A stretch of DNA of 56,836 bases from Minisyncoccia bacterium (GCA_964229335.1 CAXRCZ010000013.1:1-56836), one strand, 5' to 3'; positions 26,718-37,387 are shown, counted from the stretch's first letter. Numbers and translations are program-made. Notes: generated from the letters alone by a model not told the origin.

Positions 26718-28468
26718 GATTCGGAGAGAATTACAAAAGTGCTGCTGTCACTAGTGAGGTTGAGCGGATCGATTACCTGCGTTTCATAGCCAGCTTTGGA
26801 CACCGTTAAAATGTGTTCCTCATTAAATGGACTGCCGATAAGGTACGCTTTGCCACACCCAGTAGTTTCGTCACTTACTTGATATCCACTAGCTTCTATA
26901 CTCACAGTCGCTCCGGGTAGTGGAGTGCCCGCATCAGTAGTCACAGCGACTTGTAAACTTTTGCTATTATTAGCTGCAGTTACTATTTCTAATTCTGAAT
27001 CAATACCACCTCTGTGGTTGAGCGGAACACTCGGGCAGACATATGCCAGATCATACTGACTCGGCAAGGTGAAGTTATAGTTATCAAATTCAATGTCAAC
27101 AAACTCAGCTTCTCCTGCTCCGCTTGTAGTTTGATTGAGTTCGACTTTGTATATTGGGCCGCCGCTGGAGTCAGTTCCGATGGTTTTGTTACCTCGCAGA
27201 GTAAGGTTAGTGCTCCCTAGGGGCGAACTACTTTCCCGATAAAATACTCGTGCTTCTTCTATGCGAGGGGTAAAGGCTGAGTTCTCTGTCTCTAAAGTAA
27301 TCCCGACCACAATCTCTGGATATACGGACGGATTAAGTTCCGATAGGTCGATTACTTGACTGGTAAAACCTTCTTCGTTTCCAGCGAGCTCGCTGTTTTC
27401 AATTAAATCTGACGGTCCGCTAGTACCGGTGAAGAATTGTACTTTGTAATCGGTGCTACCTGGGACATTAGCTACTAGCGTAACTGCTTCCCAATGCTCG
27501 AATGGACTTGGACGCAGTGGTGTTAGATAGGCTGTGCCGGAGGACACGTAATCTCCATCGATATTGGCGAGTAGTAAATCACCGCCACTAACATTTACTC
27601 CGTCATTCACGGCAATACCGCTTTGGTCATCAAAATATTCGTCAGCACTCTCGGACACCACTCCGGAAAGGGCGGTAAATTGAATGTCACTTAATTCATC
27701 TATTTGAAATGTGAGGGTGGAAATATCTGATTCTAACACCGCAAATGGTGGCGTATTGGGGTTCGGCATCTCAGCGGTAGGTTGATATGTCTGATCAGTT
27801 GAATATTCATCCTCAGTAACGACCACCTCATAGTCGCTACCCGCTGGTGCGCCAGAGAACAATGCTACACCAGCACTATTTGTCAGTCTGGAGGTGTCAA
27901 TGGTCGGACTCAATTCGTCATTTATAAGCCGCACCGTCACTCCTTCAAGCGGCAAGGCGTCTTGGTCAATTACATTAATGCGGATTGTTCCACCGCCAGC
28001 GGTAGTTTCAATAGAACGAGGTACGATGTTACTAACTAGTTCGAGAGAATCTTCCTGTTCGTATATATTCCAAGTTAGCTCAACTTTGACTCGTTTGTAA
28101 TCAGCTGGGATACCGTTGTCGTCAGTGGTCGTAGCGGTCAATTGACCGTCAGCTGGGTCATCTACGTACTCCACCAATACTCGCTTGGTAAATTCGATAC
28201 CATTTAGCATAACAGTACTACTTTGCTCCACTGGACCCGCTGGGATACCGCCGATAGTACCTACCTCATCGTAAGAGAGCGAGCGCAAAAACTCCATCTG
28301 ATCAGTCGCCAACGAAAGCGCAGATAGCTTGGCTCTTGATTGCGCTACTAACTCGAGACTGTATCTAGTCCCAACAAAAATACCGTTGAAGATAATAGCT
28401 ACTACCGCCGCCGCAATGATTGCTGACACAAAGGTCAGTCCCGATTGCTTTCGTTGGAACGTATACAT
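26714..28468 (-). CDS. Large pilin-like protein with beta-sandwich (carboxypeptidase-regulatory-like) domains
   Basis: QSG|LTFVSAII; PLEGVTVRL and PLPGATVSI...VSKAGYET motifs. Confidence 0.8.
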   Translation of the reverse strand: MYTFQRKQSGLTFVSAIIAAAVVAIIFNGIFVGTRYSLELVAQSRAKLSALSLATDQMEFLRSLSYDEVGTIGGIPAGPVEQSSTVMLNGIEFTKRVLVEYVDDPADGQLTATTTDDNGIPADYKRVKVELTWNIYEQEDSLELVSNIVPRSIETTAGGGTIRINVIDQDALPLEGVTVRLINDELSPTIDTSRLTNSAGVALFSGAPAGSDYEVVVTEDEYSTDQTYQPTAEMPNPNTPPFAVLESDISTLTFQIDELSDIQFTALSGVVSESADEYFDDQSGIAVNDGVNVSGGDLLLANIDGDYVSSGTAYLTPLRPSPFEHWEAVTLVANVPGSTDYKVQFFTGTSGPSDLIENSELAGNEEGFTSQVIDLSELNPSVYPEIVVGITLETENSAFTPRIEEARVFYRESSSPLGSTNLTLRGNKTIGTDSSGGPIYKVELNQTTSGAGEAEFVDIEFDNYNFTLPSQYDLAYVCPSVPLNHRGGIDSELEIVTAANNSKSLQVAVTTDAGTPLPGATVSIEASGYQVSDETTGCGKAYLIGSPFNEEHILTVSKAGYETQVIDPLNLTSDSSTFVILSES

Positions 28469-28472
28469 ACTC

Positions 28473-29702
28473 CTACCCAATTCCGTCTGAAATCGAATAA
28501 ATAGGCGCAATTAATGCCAAGGCAAAGAATCCGACTCCACCACCGATAACCACCATTAATAATGGTTCGATGATAGTGGAGAGGTCTTTGGTTTTTCGTT
28601 CGACTTCAGTCTCATAAAAGGTAGCCAATTCACCTAACATTTCGCCAATCTTTCCGGTTTCCTCCCCCACCAGAATCATTTCTCCTACTAGCACTGGGTA
28701 GAGTTTGTCGTGCTCGATAAATACTTCTGAGAGAGCAGTTCCTTTCTCGACTCGTTCGGCCGCTTCGTGCAATATGCGTTTGTAGTAGACGTTTTGGAGG
28801 ACTTCTTCGGTAATTTCTATCGTACGAATCATATCTACTCCTGACCCTAGCAACGAAGAAAGAGTACGAGCGGTGCGGGCTGAGTTGGTTTCTTTTACCA
28901 ATGTTCCAATGACTGGCAACCGAACCAACGTCCATGACGCAACTATCTTGCCGAGTTTGGTTCTGAAGAAATAAATAACCCCAGCCACTAGTGCTGCCAA
29001 TCCGATTAGCACAAAGGCTGTGTATTCCACCATAAACTCACTAGCGCCAATTAAAAATCTGGTCGTGATTGGCAGCTCTTTGTCCATCCCAGCAAACACG
29101 CCAGTGATTTTTGGCATCACAAATATCATCATCAAAATTCCAATCACCACCATCACAATCAATACAATCGAAGGATAAATCATGGCACCTTTGATTTTCT
29201 TCTTCAGATTGCTCGAACGTTCGAGCTGGATTGCTAGTGTCGAGAGGGTAGAAGCGAGTGTTCCTCCTTCTTCTCCGGCTTTTACCATCGATACATACAA
29301 GTCATTAAATGTATCTGGGAACTCTTCTAACGCTTCATGAAAACCTTGGCCTTGGGTAATCTTCTCGTTTAGTCGCTTCGTGATGGCTTTTAGTTTTGGG
29401 TTTGAGCTCTGACGCTCTATCACTGATAACGCTCGGGAAACGGTCAGTCCAGCTGAAATCATTGAACCGAGATTTCGCGTCACCATCACTAACTCATCTT
29501 CTTTGACCCGACTTAAGAGCGCATTAATTCGCTGCATATCAAATATGCCGCTGAGTGAAAATTTTGTCGCCCTTTTTACCGTTGTTACTGTATGTCCAGC
29601 GTCTCTCGCTTGCGTATAGACATCAAACCGGTCGGAAGCTGTGATAGTCCTCTTTACTGACTTGCCGGTACTATCTTCTCCTTTATATATAAACGTTGGC
29701 AT
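28473..29702 (-). CDS. pilC: Type IV pilus platform protein PilC/GspF
   Basis: VKAGEEGGTL, AMIYP, VGEETG, IIEP. Confidence 0.95.
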   Translation of the reverse strand: MPTFIYKGEDSTGKSVKRTITASDRFDVYTQARDAGHTVTTVKRATKFSLSGIFDMQRINALLSRVKEDELVMVTRNLGSMISAGLTVSRALSVIERQSSNPKLKAITKRLNEKITQGQGFHEALEEFPDTFNDLYVSMVKAGEEGGTLASTLSTLAIQLERSSNLKKKIKGAMIYPSIVLIVMVVIGILMMIFVMPKITGVFAGMDKELPITTRFLIGASEFMVEYTAFVLIGLAALVAGVIYFFRTKLGKIVASWTLVRLPVIGTLVKETNSARTARTLSSLLGSGVDMIRTIEITEEVLQNVYYKRILHEAAERVEKGTALSEVFIEHDKLYPVLVGEMILVGEETGKIGEMLGELATFYETEVERKTKDLSTIIEPLLMVVIGGGVGFFALALIAPIYSISDGIG

Positions 29703-29704
29703 AC

Positions 29705-31456
29705 TTATTCATTAATTACACGTAGTACTTCTTCAATTGAAGTCAGACCTTGCGCTGCTTTAAAGATACCGTCTTCTATCAAGGTCAACATTCCTTCTTT
29801 ACTAGCTTGCGCCGCGAGCTCATCGCTGGTTTTGTCTCCCATTATCATCTCTTTGAGAGTCGGTGACATTTTTAAGACTTCGTGAATTCCCATTCGACCT
29901 GAATACCCGTCATCGGTCTTGCCTTTTTCTTTAGGAGTATAAAATGGAATATCATTCCAGGTTGCATCTTCTTTTACTACCTTTTCTTCTCTAAGCGCTT
30001 TTAACACTTTATCTAAATCAACTTTTTCATTGAGCTCATCACGCTCAGCCTTGGTGAGTGTGTATGGTTGCTTGTCATCTGCCAACTTACGTACCAGCCG
30101 CTGTCCGACGGCTACGCGTAACGTAGAGACTAGTAAAAATGATTCGGCGCCCATATCCAACAAACGAGCAATAGTACCCGCAGCTGAATTAGTGTGCAGG
30201 GTAGCCAATACCAAGTGCCCGGTAAGCGCTGCGTTGATAGCCAAACTGGCCGTTTCTTCATCGCGAATCTCTCCCACCATGATAATGTCGGGGTCTTGTC
30301 GCATTAAAGAACGTAGGCCAGAGGCAAATGTGAAGCCGATATCGGGCTTTACTTGTGATTGATTAATGCGAGGCATTTGGTACTCAATCGGATCTTCAAT
30401 GGTAGAAATATTCACATCTGGCGTATTCAGTAAATCAAGAACTGTATAGAGCGTGGTGGATTTTCCCGATCCGGTTGGACCAGTTACCAAAATGATACCG
30501 GTCGTAGCTCGCGTAGCATCATGGACTCGCTCCAATGAAGTACCGTGGAACCCAATCCCTTCTAGAGTGAAGCCACTTCGATTCTCGCGCAGCAACCGCA
30601 TGACAATCTTTTCACCAAAAAAGGTCGGGAGTACGGAGACACGAAAAGAAACTTTTTGGGTGTCCATCTCCATTTTGAAACGCCCATCTTGCGGCAAGCG
30701 TTTTTGGTCTAATTTGAGGTTTGAAAGCACTTTGACGCGTGCGGCGATACTGTCTGACGCGAGCCGGGGCAGTTTCATCGCATCGTGCAAAATACCATCA
30801 ACGCGATAGCGAACGAGCAAGTCTTCTTCCATTGGTTCGATATGGATATCGGACGCACCTTGAATGATAGCGTGACGCAGTAATGTATCGACAATCCGCA
30901 CCACTGGCAGGTCTTCAGCGACTTTTTTAAGCTCCTTTTCGCTCATCTCCTCCCCTTCACCGTTGGTAATTACCTTTAGTTTGGTGGCGTCTTTCATGAT
31001 GAGGTCACCAAACTCATCCTTGAGATTTTTTTGATATTGGCGTAGTGCTATACGCATCGACTCAGTGTCGGTGAGACGTGGCTGAATCTTGAGTCCAACT
31101 TTCTTTTTAATAAAATCAATCGCCGGCAAGTCCGCAGTATCAAGCATTGCTACTTCTAAGGCATCTTCGTGTTTTTTGAAGGCGATAATGTTGTGGTTGC
31201 GCGCCACTGGCTCGGGAATGAGAGAAAGTACGTCAAAGGGTATCTTGACTTCCTTGAGAGAAACAAAAGGAATCCCTAATACATAGGACTCGACTCGTCG
31301 CATGTCATCTTCGGTTAGATGACCTTGCGCAATCAAGGTGGCTGAAAGGCTCTTTTCCTCTTCTTTAGCGGCTTTTTCGCCCGCTTCCATATCCGCCTTG
31401 CTTATGAGGCTGGCATCTAGCAAGAATCGCTTGAGCTGTTCATCATTAATTCGCAT
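29705..31456 (-). CDS. pilB: Type IV pilus assembly ATPase PilB/GspE
   Basis: ASDIHIEP, PQDGR, GPTGSGKST, TIEDPIEY, RQDPDIIMVGEIRD, TGHLV. Confidence 0.96.
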   Translation of the reverse strand: MRINDEQLKRFLLDASLISKADMEAGEKAAKEEEKSLSATLIAQGHLTEDDMRRVESYVLGIPFVSLKEVKIPFDVLSLIPEPVARNHNIIAFKKHEDALEVAMLDTADLPAIDFIKKKVGLKIQPRLTDTESMRIALRQYQKNLKDEFGDLIMKDATKLKVITNGEGEEMSEKELKKVAEDLPVVRIVDTLLRHAIIQGASDIHIEPMEEDLLVRYRVDGILHDAMKLPRLASDSIAARVKVLSNLKLDQKRLPQDGRFKMEMDTQKVSFRVSVLPTFFGEKIVMRLLRENRSGFTLEGIGFHGTSLERVHDATRATTGIILVTGPTGSGKSTTLYTVLDLLNTPDVNISTIEDPIEYQMPRINQSQVKPDIGFTFASGLRSLMRQDPDIIMVGEIRDEETASLAINAALTGHLVLATLHTNSAAGTIARLLDMGAESFLLVSTLRVAVGQRLVRKLADDKQPYTLTKAERDELNEKVDLDKVLKALREEKVVKEDATWNDIPFYTPKEKGKTDDGYSGRMGIHEVLKMSPTLKEMIMGDKTSDELAAQASKEGMLTLIEDGIFKAAQGLTSIEEVLRVINE

Positions 31457-31602
31457 TATAAAAAGTACGTAGGAAACTATTCACCTCCGTGGTTGGACTA
31501 ATTATATCATTCAGTCTCGGTACTTAACTCAGCTATATACAAGTAAAAAAGCCCGCCAGCAAGAGTGTTAATCCTGTTGGCGGACGTAGGTGAGACTGGC
31601 TC

Positions 31603-32010
31603 CTACAGTTCTTGGTACGCGCTGTATTGGGCACAAACTTTGACCACTCGGTAGGCATCCCCGTAACGAGGACTCGTGAGTAGCTCGCCGATATGGTCGG
31701 GGTCGGGGTTCAACTTAGCTCGCGAACGAGTCTCGTAGAGGTTGTAGTTGTTGGCCACCATAACGTACAAATCCCAGTACTGCGAGGCTGTGACCTGGTC
31801 GTTGAAGTGCCGATAACAATAGTATCGCACCCCAAAGGTGATGGCTGTCGATTTGACCTCGTCTTTTCGACCGGTCTGCATGAGCCCGATATAATAATCG
31901 GCTTCTTCAGCCAGCGAAGGATCGGGTGACTCAGTCTCAGGAATGAAGAGACCGAGAGTCGCGAATTTGGCCAAGGCGATAACCACCGGCTTTGCGAACA
32001 GTAACTGCAT
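31603..32010 (-). CDS. Orphan 135-aa protein
   Basis: TTGACA-17-TAATTT promoter, SD aagggag, terminator gtccgcca...tggcgggctttttt. Confidence 0.75.
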   Translation of the reverse strand: MQLLFAKPVVIALAKFATLGLFIPETESPDPSLAEEADYYIGLMQTGRKDEVKSTAITFGVRYYCYRHFNDQVTASQYWDLYVMVANNYNLYETRSRAKLNPDPDHIGELLTSPRYGDAYRVVKVCAQYSAYQEL

Positions 32011-32111
32011 TGGTCTCTCCCTTCAATGGTTCCTCTATTATGAAATTACTCCGAGGATAGAACTTTGTCAAAAATTATCGCTGAATAGCCCGTCAAACTC
32101 ATAATCTAGCT

Positions 32112-32195
32112 TTGACAAACCCGAAAGTAAGGAGTAATATAAAGCTAATACTGATGAATGACTGCTCGGCTTTTAGCCGGGCAGTCTTCGTTACA
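32112..32195 (+). promoter_or_regulatory. nusA promoter and leader hairpin
   Basis: TTGACA-17-TAATAT; gactgctcggc-tttta-gccgggcagtc at 32160-32186. Confidence 0.65.
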
Positions 32196-32221
32196 AAATT
32201 AATAAACTAAGCCTACCAACA

Positions 32222-33640
32222 ATGTTTGACTTAAAAGTAATAGATTCTGTGCTAACTGAGCTCGAAGAAGAGCGTGGTATTCCTCGTGAGCGAATGCTTG
32301 ACGCTATCAGCCAATCACTCGCGACCGCCTACAAAAAGGAATTTGGTAAGCGAGGGCAGCTAATCACGGCTGAATTTGACCTCGATACTGGTACTACCAA
32401 CTTCAACCAAATTAAGATTGTAGTTGATGAAAGCATGTTAAAGCCTGAAATTGAAGAGGGTGAGGAAGTAGAAATTCCAGTCGAAGAGTCTGACGAGGAA
32501 GATACTCGAGTCCGTTTTGATGAGGAAAAGCACATCATGATCAACACTGCCAAAATGATCAAAAAAGACGCCCAGGTAGGCGAAGAATTGGTGTTTCCTC
32601 TCGAACCAAAAGACGATTTTGGACGGATTGCCGCCCAGACTGCTAAGCAAGTCATCATGCAAAAAATCCGTGAAGCGGAAAAAGAATCAGCTCTCGCTGA
32701 ATTTGGACAAAAGGCTGGCGATATCGTACTTGGTTTCGTACAGCGCTTTGAACGCGGTAATTTATACGTAGATTTGGGCCGCGTGACCGCCATCATGCCG
32801 TACGAAGAGCAAATCCCTGGTGAACGATTCAAACCAGGAGAACGAATTCGTGCTCTACTCTTGGCAGTAGAAGAAACTCCACGTGGTATTTTCTTAAAAC
32901 TATCTCGTTCGCACGCTGATTTCTTGGTTGGTTTGTTCGCTATCGAAGCCCCAGAGCTACAATCTGGTGCTGTTGAAGTAAAGGCAGTGGCTCGTGAAGC
33001 CGGTGGCCGGTCTAAGATTGCTGTACACGCCACTGACCCACATATCGATCCGGTTGGTTCATTAGTTGGTCAGCGCGGAGTACGAGTTTCGACCGTGATG
33101 AGTGAGCTGGGTGGAGAAAAAATCGACATTATTGAATGGTCTGAAGAACCACTTGAATTTATCGAAGACGCCCTCTCACCAGCTGAAATACTTGATATTA
33201 AAGTTGAATCAGAACCAGACGAAGAAGCTAACGAACGCGGACATGTGGTGGTAGAGGTCGCACCAGACCAACAATCGCTAGCGATTGGTCGTGGGGGACA
33301 AAATGTGCGCTTGGCCGCCAAACTAACTGGCTGGAAAATTGATATTGTTTCAGCGCGCACAGGTGAAGAACTCGCCGAAGCTGATGCTGATGGACACACT
33401 GAACTCGACGCTCCAGCTGATACTGCAGCCGGAGCAGATGATGCTGTTGTTGAAGGTGAGGATGCAACCACCGATCAACCAGAAGTTGAAGAAATGCTTG
33501 AAGAAGCTGAAGAAACCCAAGATCGTGGTCTTAACCCAGACTTAGAAGAAGAAAACGAAATCGATACTCCCGAAGAAGCTGAGGAAGAAATGAATCAAGC
33601 GAGTGAAACTGACGACTCTGCTGAAGAGGAGAAAAATTAG
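32222..33640 (+). CDS. nusA: Transcription factor NusA with acidic C-terminal tail
   Basis: FGRIAAQTAKQVI, AREAGGRSKIAV, GEKIDII, LAIGRGGQNVRLAAKLTGWKIDI. Confidence 0.98.
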   Translation: MFDLKVIDSVLTELEEERGIPRERMLDAISQSLATAYKKEFGKRGQLITAEFDLDTGTTNFNQIKIVVDESMLKPEIEEGEEVEIPVEESDEEDTRVRFDEEKHIMINTAKMIKKDAQVGEELVFPLEPKDDFGRIAAQTAKQVIMQKIREAEKESALAEFGQKAGDIVLGFVQRFERGNLYVDLGRVTAIMPYEEQIPGERFKPGERIRALLLAVEETPRGIFLKLSRSHADFLVGLFAIEAPELQSGAVEVKAVAREAGGRSKIAVHATDPHIDPVGSLVGQRGVRVSTVMSELGGEKIDIIEWSEEPLEFIEDALSPAEILDIKVESEPDEEANERGHVVVEVAPDQQSLAIGRGGQNVRLAAKLTGWKIDIVSARTGEELAEADADGHTELDAPADTAAGADDAVVEGEDATTDQPEVEEMLEEAEETQDRGLNPDLEEENEIDTPEEAEEEMNQASETDDSAEEEKN

Positions 33641-33771
33641 AGCGAAGTTAAAGTCTTAATAAAAAACAGGTACGTACCTAAGTACGTACCTGTTTTTAAT
33701 TTTATCCTTATTAGTAACAAAACGGGCGCGAATCCTATCGGATTCGCGCCATGTGTATTGCTCTTTGCGAG

Positions 33772-34074
33772 CTATTGATAAGTCATGTAGTTGCCGGATG
33801 TCGAAACACGACTTTTGCCTTGTAAAGCAAAGTGATCTTTACTTGCTTCGACCAAGTCTTCCCGCCATTGTATCGCTCGCTCAAACTGACTTTCATTGCA
33901 CTGGCCTGTCTGCGTGCGCAGGACAGCATTCACGGTACACTCCTTCGCCAGCGGCGGTTCGCGCCTAATTACATAGGCTAATAGATGGCCGTCAATTGTG
34001 TACAAGGATGTGCTGACACTTCCTGGTACTTCAACGGTTATTTCCTTAAGCCCCAAATCTTTGAGAGTACTCAC
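33772..34074 (-). CDS. Orphan 100-aa protein
   Basis: SD aaggagga before GTG at 34074; terminator ggcgcgaatcc...ggattcgcgcc. Confidence 0.65.
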   Translation of the reverse strand: MSTLKDLGLKEITVEVPGSVSTSLYTIDGHLLAYVIRREPPLAKECTVNAVLRTQTGQCNESQFERAIQWREDLVEASKDHFALQGKSRVSTSGNYMTYQ

Positions 34075-34189
34075 GAGCTTCCTCCTTTTTACTGCTCTAA
34101 AATTGAACAGTACCAGAAACCCCAAGCACTCACAACTTTGCCTTTTTGGTAGCTGTGGTACGATACGGACATCTTATAATTATTTATAT

Positions 34190-34705
34190 ATGAACCTACT
34201 ACACGATGTACCAGCCGGAACCGCCGATCAAATGAATGTGATTGTCGAAATTCCTAAGTTTTCCAAGAACAAATACGAAATTGATAAAGAAACCGGTTTG
34301 ATTGCCTTAGACCGAGTAATGCACACCGCGCAAGATTATCCTTTTGATTACGGGTTTGTACCACAAACCCTCTATGATGATGGCGATGCGCTTGATGTTA
34401 TCTTGCTCACTACCTATCCACTAGCGCCCGGTATTGTGGTGAAAGCCCGTCCAGTCGCCATTATGGAAATGGTTGATGGTGGAGAACGTGATGACAAGGT
34501 GGTAGCTGTACCAGTCGATGACCCTCGCTTTGAAGATATCCAAGATGTAGGAGACTTGAACAAGCACTTTTTGAAAGAAACTGCACACTTCTTTGAAACC
34601 TACAAACAAGTCCAAAAAAAAGAAGTCAAAATCGGCTCTTGGCTCGGTGCCTCTGATGCCAAAGCGGCGTTCGAGAAAAGTCGCCAGATGTATACCGACA
34701 ACTAA
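34190..34705 (+). CDS. ppa: Family I inorganic pyrophosphatase
   Basis: EIPK, KYEIDK, YPFDYGFVPQT, DDGDALDV, DDKVVAV, HFFETYK. Confidence 0.96.
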   Translation: MNLLHDVPAGTADQMNVIVEIPKFSKNKYEIDKETGLIALDRVMHTAQDYPFDYGFVPQTLYDDGDALDVILLTTYPLAPGIVVKARPVAIMEMVDGGERDDKVVAVPVDDPRFEDIQDVGDLNKHFLKETAHFFETYKQVQKKEVKIGSWLGASDAKAAFEKSRQMYTDN

Positions 34706-34778
34706 GATTACTCTCCCCTGAATCAGGCTTGGTCTACGACCAAGCCTGATTTTTTGTCTGTTATACTAGTTGGTATCT

Positions 34779-35042
34779 ATGAGCGAAACTAAAGAAACTC
34801 CCAGCCTACCAGACTTCTCAGACGAGGAAATGCATATGCCTGAAGATGTGGCCTACCCACCCGAAACAGAGCCCACACCTGTGAAGCATTCGCTGATTCA
34901 TGGACCAATTTTGGTACTACTTATTATTCTTTTGTTGCTCATCCTGGCTGGTCTGGGGTACTGGTACTACCTCTTAAACGGCGGTACTCCCCTCACTCTC
35001 GAAGACGTAACTGGTTGGTTCGACCCAGGTCTGTACTTTTAA
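34779..35042 (+). CDS. Small single-pass membrane protein
   Basis: Acidic N-terminus followed by a Leu-rich TM helix. Confidence 0.75.
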   Translation: MSETKETPSLPDFSDEEMHMPEDVAYPPETEPTPVKHSLIHGPILVLLIILLLLILAGLGYWYYLLNGGTPLTLEDVTGWFDPGLYF

Positions 35043-35166
35043 TTACAGTTGAAACGAAACTCACATAATATGTCGGGAATTTGCATTCCCATTGTATTTC
35101 AGTACACTAGCCGACACTGCTTCTACACAAATTGTGTAGAAATTTACTAACTTAATTTCTAGCAGC

Positions 35167-36315
35167 ATGGCAAAAGAACACCAAGTAAACTACAAAGACG
35201 CTTTTTCAGTTGAAACACTGTCGGATTCACAGGTAAAAATTACTGGTGAATTACCGTATGCCGAACTGGAAAGCGAACGAGCGGCAGCGGTGGTTGCTCT
35301 CAGTAAAGACGTATCAATCGACGGCTTTCGTAAAGGTAATATTCCCGAAAAAGTACTTGAAAAACACGTCGGAGAAATGGCTATCTTGGCCGAAATGGCC
35401 GAACGCGCCATTCGTCATTCATACGGGCATATTCTCATGGCACATGAAATCGACGCTATTGGTCAGCCAAGTATCGAATTAACCAAAGTCGCACCGCAAA
35501 ACCCACTTGGCTTCACTATTACTGTCACCGTCATGCCAAAAATAGAGCTTCCCGACTACAAAAAAATCGCCAAAGAGAAAAATACTGACCAGCCTTCAAG
35601 CGAAGTGACTGACAAAGAAGTCGAAAAGCAAATTCAAGATATTCTACGCCAAAAAGCTGCTTATGAGCGACTCCAAAACAAAGCTGCGGCTAAAGCTGAT
35701 GCTGATTCTAACGACACCGACCTCCCTACTCCGGAAAGCGAAGCCGCAAAAGCTGAAGATACAACTGAAGAGACTGAAGCTGAACTGGAAATTCCAGAGC
35801 TAACCGACGAAGTCGCCCAATCACTTGGACAGCCTGGTCAGTTTGAGAGTGTCGCTGATCTCAAGAGTAAGCTACGCGAACACCTTGAGATTGAGAAACA
35901 GCGAGAAGCTGCTGCCAAGCATCGAGCTGCCATCACGGATGCCATCATTGAGGAAACAAAACTAGAATTACCACAGGTAATGATTGATTCTGAACTCAAG
36001 CAAATGCAAGCCCAAATGCAGGAAGACTTGGATCGAGCTGAGCTGAAGTTTGATGATTATCTCTCACACATCAACAAAACTAAAGAAGAGCTCATGAAAG
36101 AGTGGGAGCCAGCGGCTATCCAGCGGGCAAAACTCCAACTTATCCTTAACGAAATCGCTAAAGCAGAAGAGCTAGTACCAGACTCAGAGAAAGTAAACGC
36201 GCAAACTAAAGAACTAATGGAACGCTTCAAAGATGCCGAAGAGCAACAAGTCCGACTGTATGTCGCTTCGGTACTGATGAACGAAGAGGTGATGAAACTC
36301 CTTGAATCACAATAG
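35167..36315 (+). CDS. tig: Trigger factor, apparently lacking the FKBP PPIase domain
   Basis: IDGFRKGNIP ribosome-binding motif; acidic linker in place of the PPIase domain; IPELTDE. Confidence 0.92.
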   Translation: MAKEHQVNYKDAFSVETLSDSQVKITGELPYAELESERAAAVVALSKDVSIDGFRKGNIPEKVLEKHVGEMAILAEMAERAIRHSYGHILMAHEIDAIGQPSIELTKVAPQNPLGFTITVTVMPKIELPDYKKIAKEKNTDQPSSEVTDKEVEKQIQDILRQKAAYERLQNKAAAKADADSNDTDLPTPESEAAKAEDTTEETEAELEIPELTDEVAQSLGQPGQFESVADLKSKLREHLEIEKQREAAAKHRAAITDAIIEETKLELPQVMIDSELKQMQAQMQEDLDRAELKFDDYLSHINKTKEELMKEWEPAAIQRAKLQLILNEIAKAEELVPDSEKVNAQTKELMERFKDAEEQQVRLYVASVLMNEEVMKLLESQ

Positions 36316-36339
36316 TTCAGCGTTTATCCACCCCATTAC

Positions 36340-36494
36340 TTGCAAATAGCGCTTCGGCTGCTATTATGCAAAGATGCTTACGGCACAAAACACCTATCGT
36401 TTCTTTGTGATTCGAGACCACTGGTCGGGTGTTTAATCGTCTGCATAGGCAAGAAAACAAAGTCCCGGCCACCAGCCGGGATTTTTGTTTCTTG
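36340..36494 (+). promoter_or_regulatory. Promoter plus structured leader ending in a terminator (attenuator or sRNA candidate)
   Basis: TTGCAA-16-TATTAT; aaacacct/gggtgttt helix; terminator 36450-36494. Confidence 0.55.
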
Positions 36495-36528
36495 TTTGTT
36501 CTTTCAACCAAACTAAAGGAGATATATT

Positions 36529-36678
36529 ATGAGTGGACATTGCAGTTCATTCACTTCGCGACAAACCCTCGGAGATGATCGCGAGGAGCCTCGCTTTACA
36601 GACAAGCAAGCAATGGCGGCTTACGAGCAGTCACGGTTCGCTGGCAAGTCTCAAGGTACCGTTGCTCACACGAGTTAA
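36529..36678 (+). CDS. Orphan 49-aa protein MSGHCSSFTSRQTL...
   Basis: Own translation; SD aaggag 7 nt before ATG; terminator aagccgcc...gcggcttt. Confidence 0.55.
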   Translation: MSGHCSSFTSRQTLGDDREEPRFTDKQAMAAYEQSRFAGKSQGTVAHTS

Positions 36679-36778
36679 CGTCACTATTACAGTTTGGTGA
36701 AGCCGCCTTTTACGGCGGCTTTGCTTTTTTTAGACACTTCCGCTAGCATGATACTTGTACTGATATAATTGAAATTAC

Positions 36779-37387
36779 ATGGAAACTAAACTTGAAAATA
36801 ACTCACCGAAAGCTCAATTGGTGCCAATGGTGATCGAAAAGACCCAAGGCGGAGAACGCGCCTTTGATATTTATTCTCGGCTCTTAAAGGAACGTATCAT
36901 TTTCGTCACTGGGCCAATTGAAGACCATATGGCTAATTTGATTGTGGCTCAGCTACTGTTTCTGGAAGCCGAAGATCCTAAGAAAGATATCTTTCTCTAC
37001 GTCAATTCCCCTGGGGGAAGTGTCACCGCTGGTCTATCTATCATTGATACCATGCATCATATCAAGCCAGATATTGCGACCGTTTGTGTTGGTATGGCCG
37101 CTTCGATGGGTTCACTCATCCTTTCTCAAGGCCAGAAAGGCAAGCGTTATATCCTGCCTAACGCCGAGGTAATGATTCACCAGCCATCTGGCGGGGCCTA
37201 CGGGCAAGCGACTGACATCGATATTACTGCCAAGCATATTCTTAAGACTCGCGACCGCTTGAACCGAATGCTAGCTAAAGCCACCGGGCAAAAATTAGCC
37301 AAAGTAGAACAAGATGTCGACCGCGACTTCTTTATGGACGCCGCAGAATCGAAGGCGTATGGCATTGTTGATGAGATTTACAAATAG
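36779..37387 (+). CDS. clpP: ATP-dependent Clp protease proteolytic subunit
   Basis: [33 protein letters not shown]. Confidence 0.98.
   Translation: METKLENNSPKAQLVPMVIEKTQGGERAFDIYSRLLKERIIFVTGPIEDHMANLIVAQLLFLEAEDPKKDIFLYVNSPGGSVTAGLSIIDTMHHIKPDIATVCVGMAASMGSLILSQGQKGKRYILPNAEVMIHQPSGGAYGQATDIDITAKHILKTRDRLNRMLAKATGQKLAKVEQDVDRDFFMDAAESKAYGIVDEIYK

Noticed and set aside
32329-33471. Long antisense ORFs over nusA (and similar ones over tuf, fusA, pilB, recJ, cca)
   Set aside because: Shadow ORFs of well-identified genes, without initiation signals.
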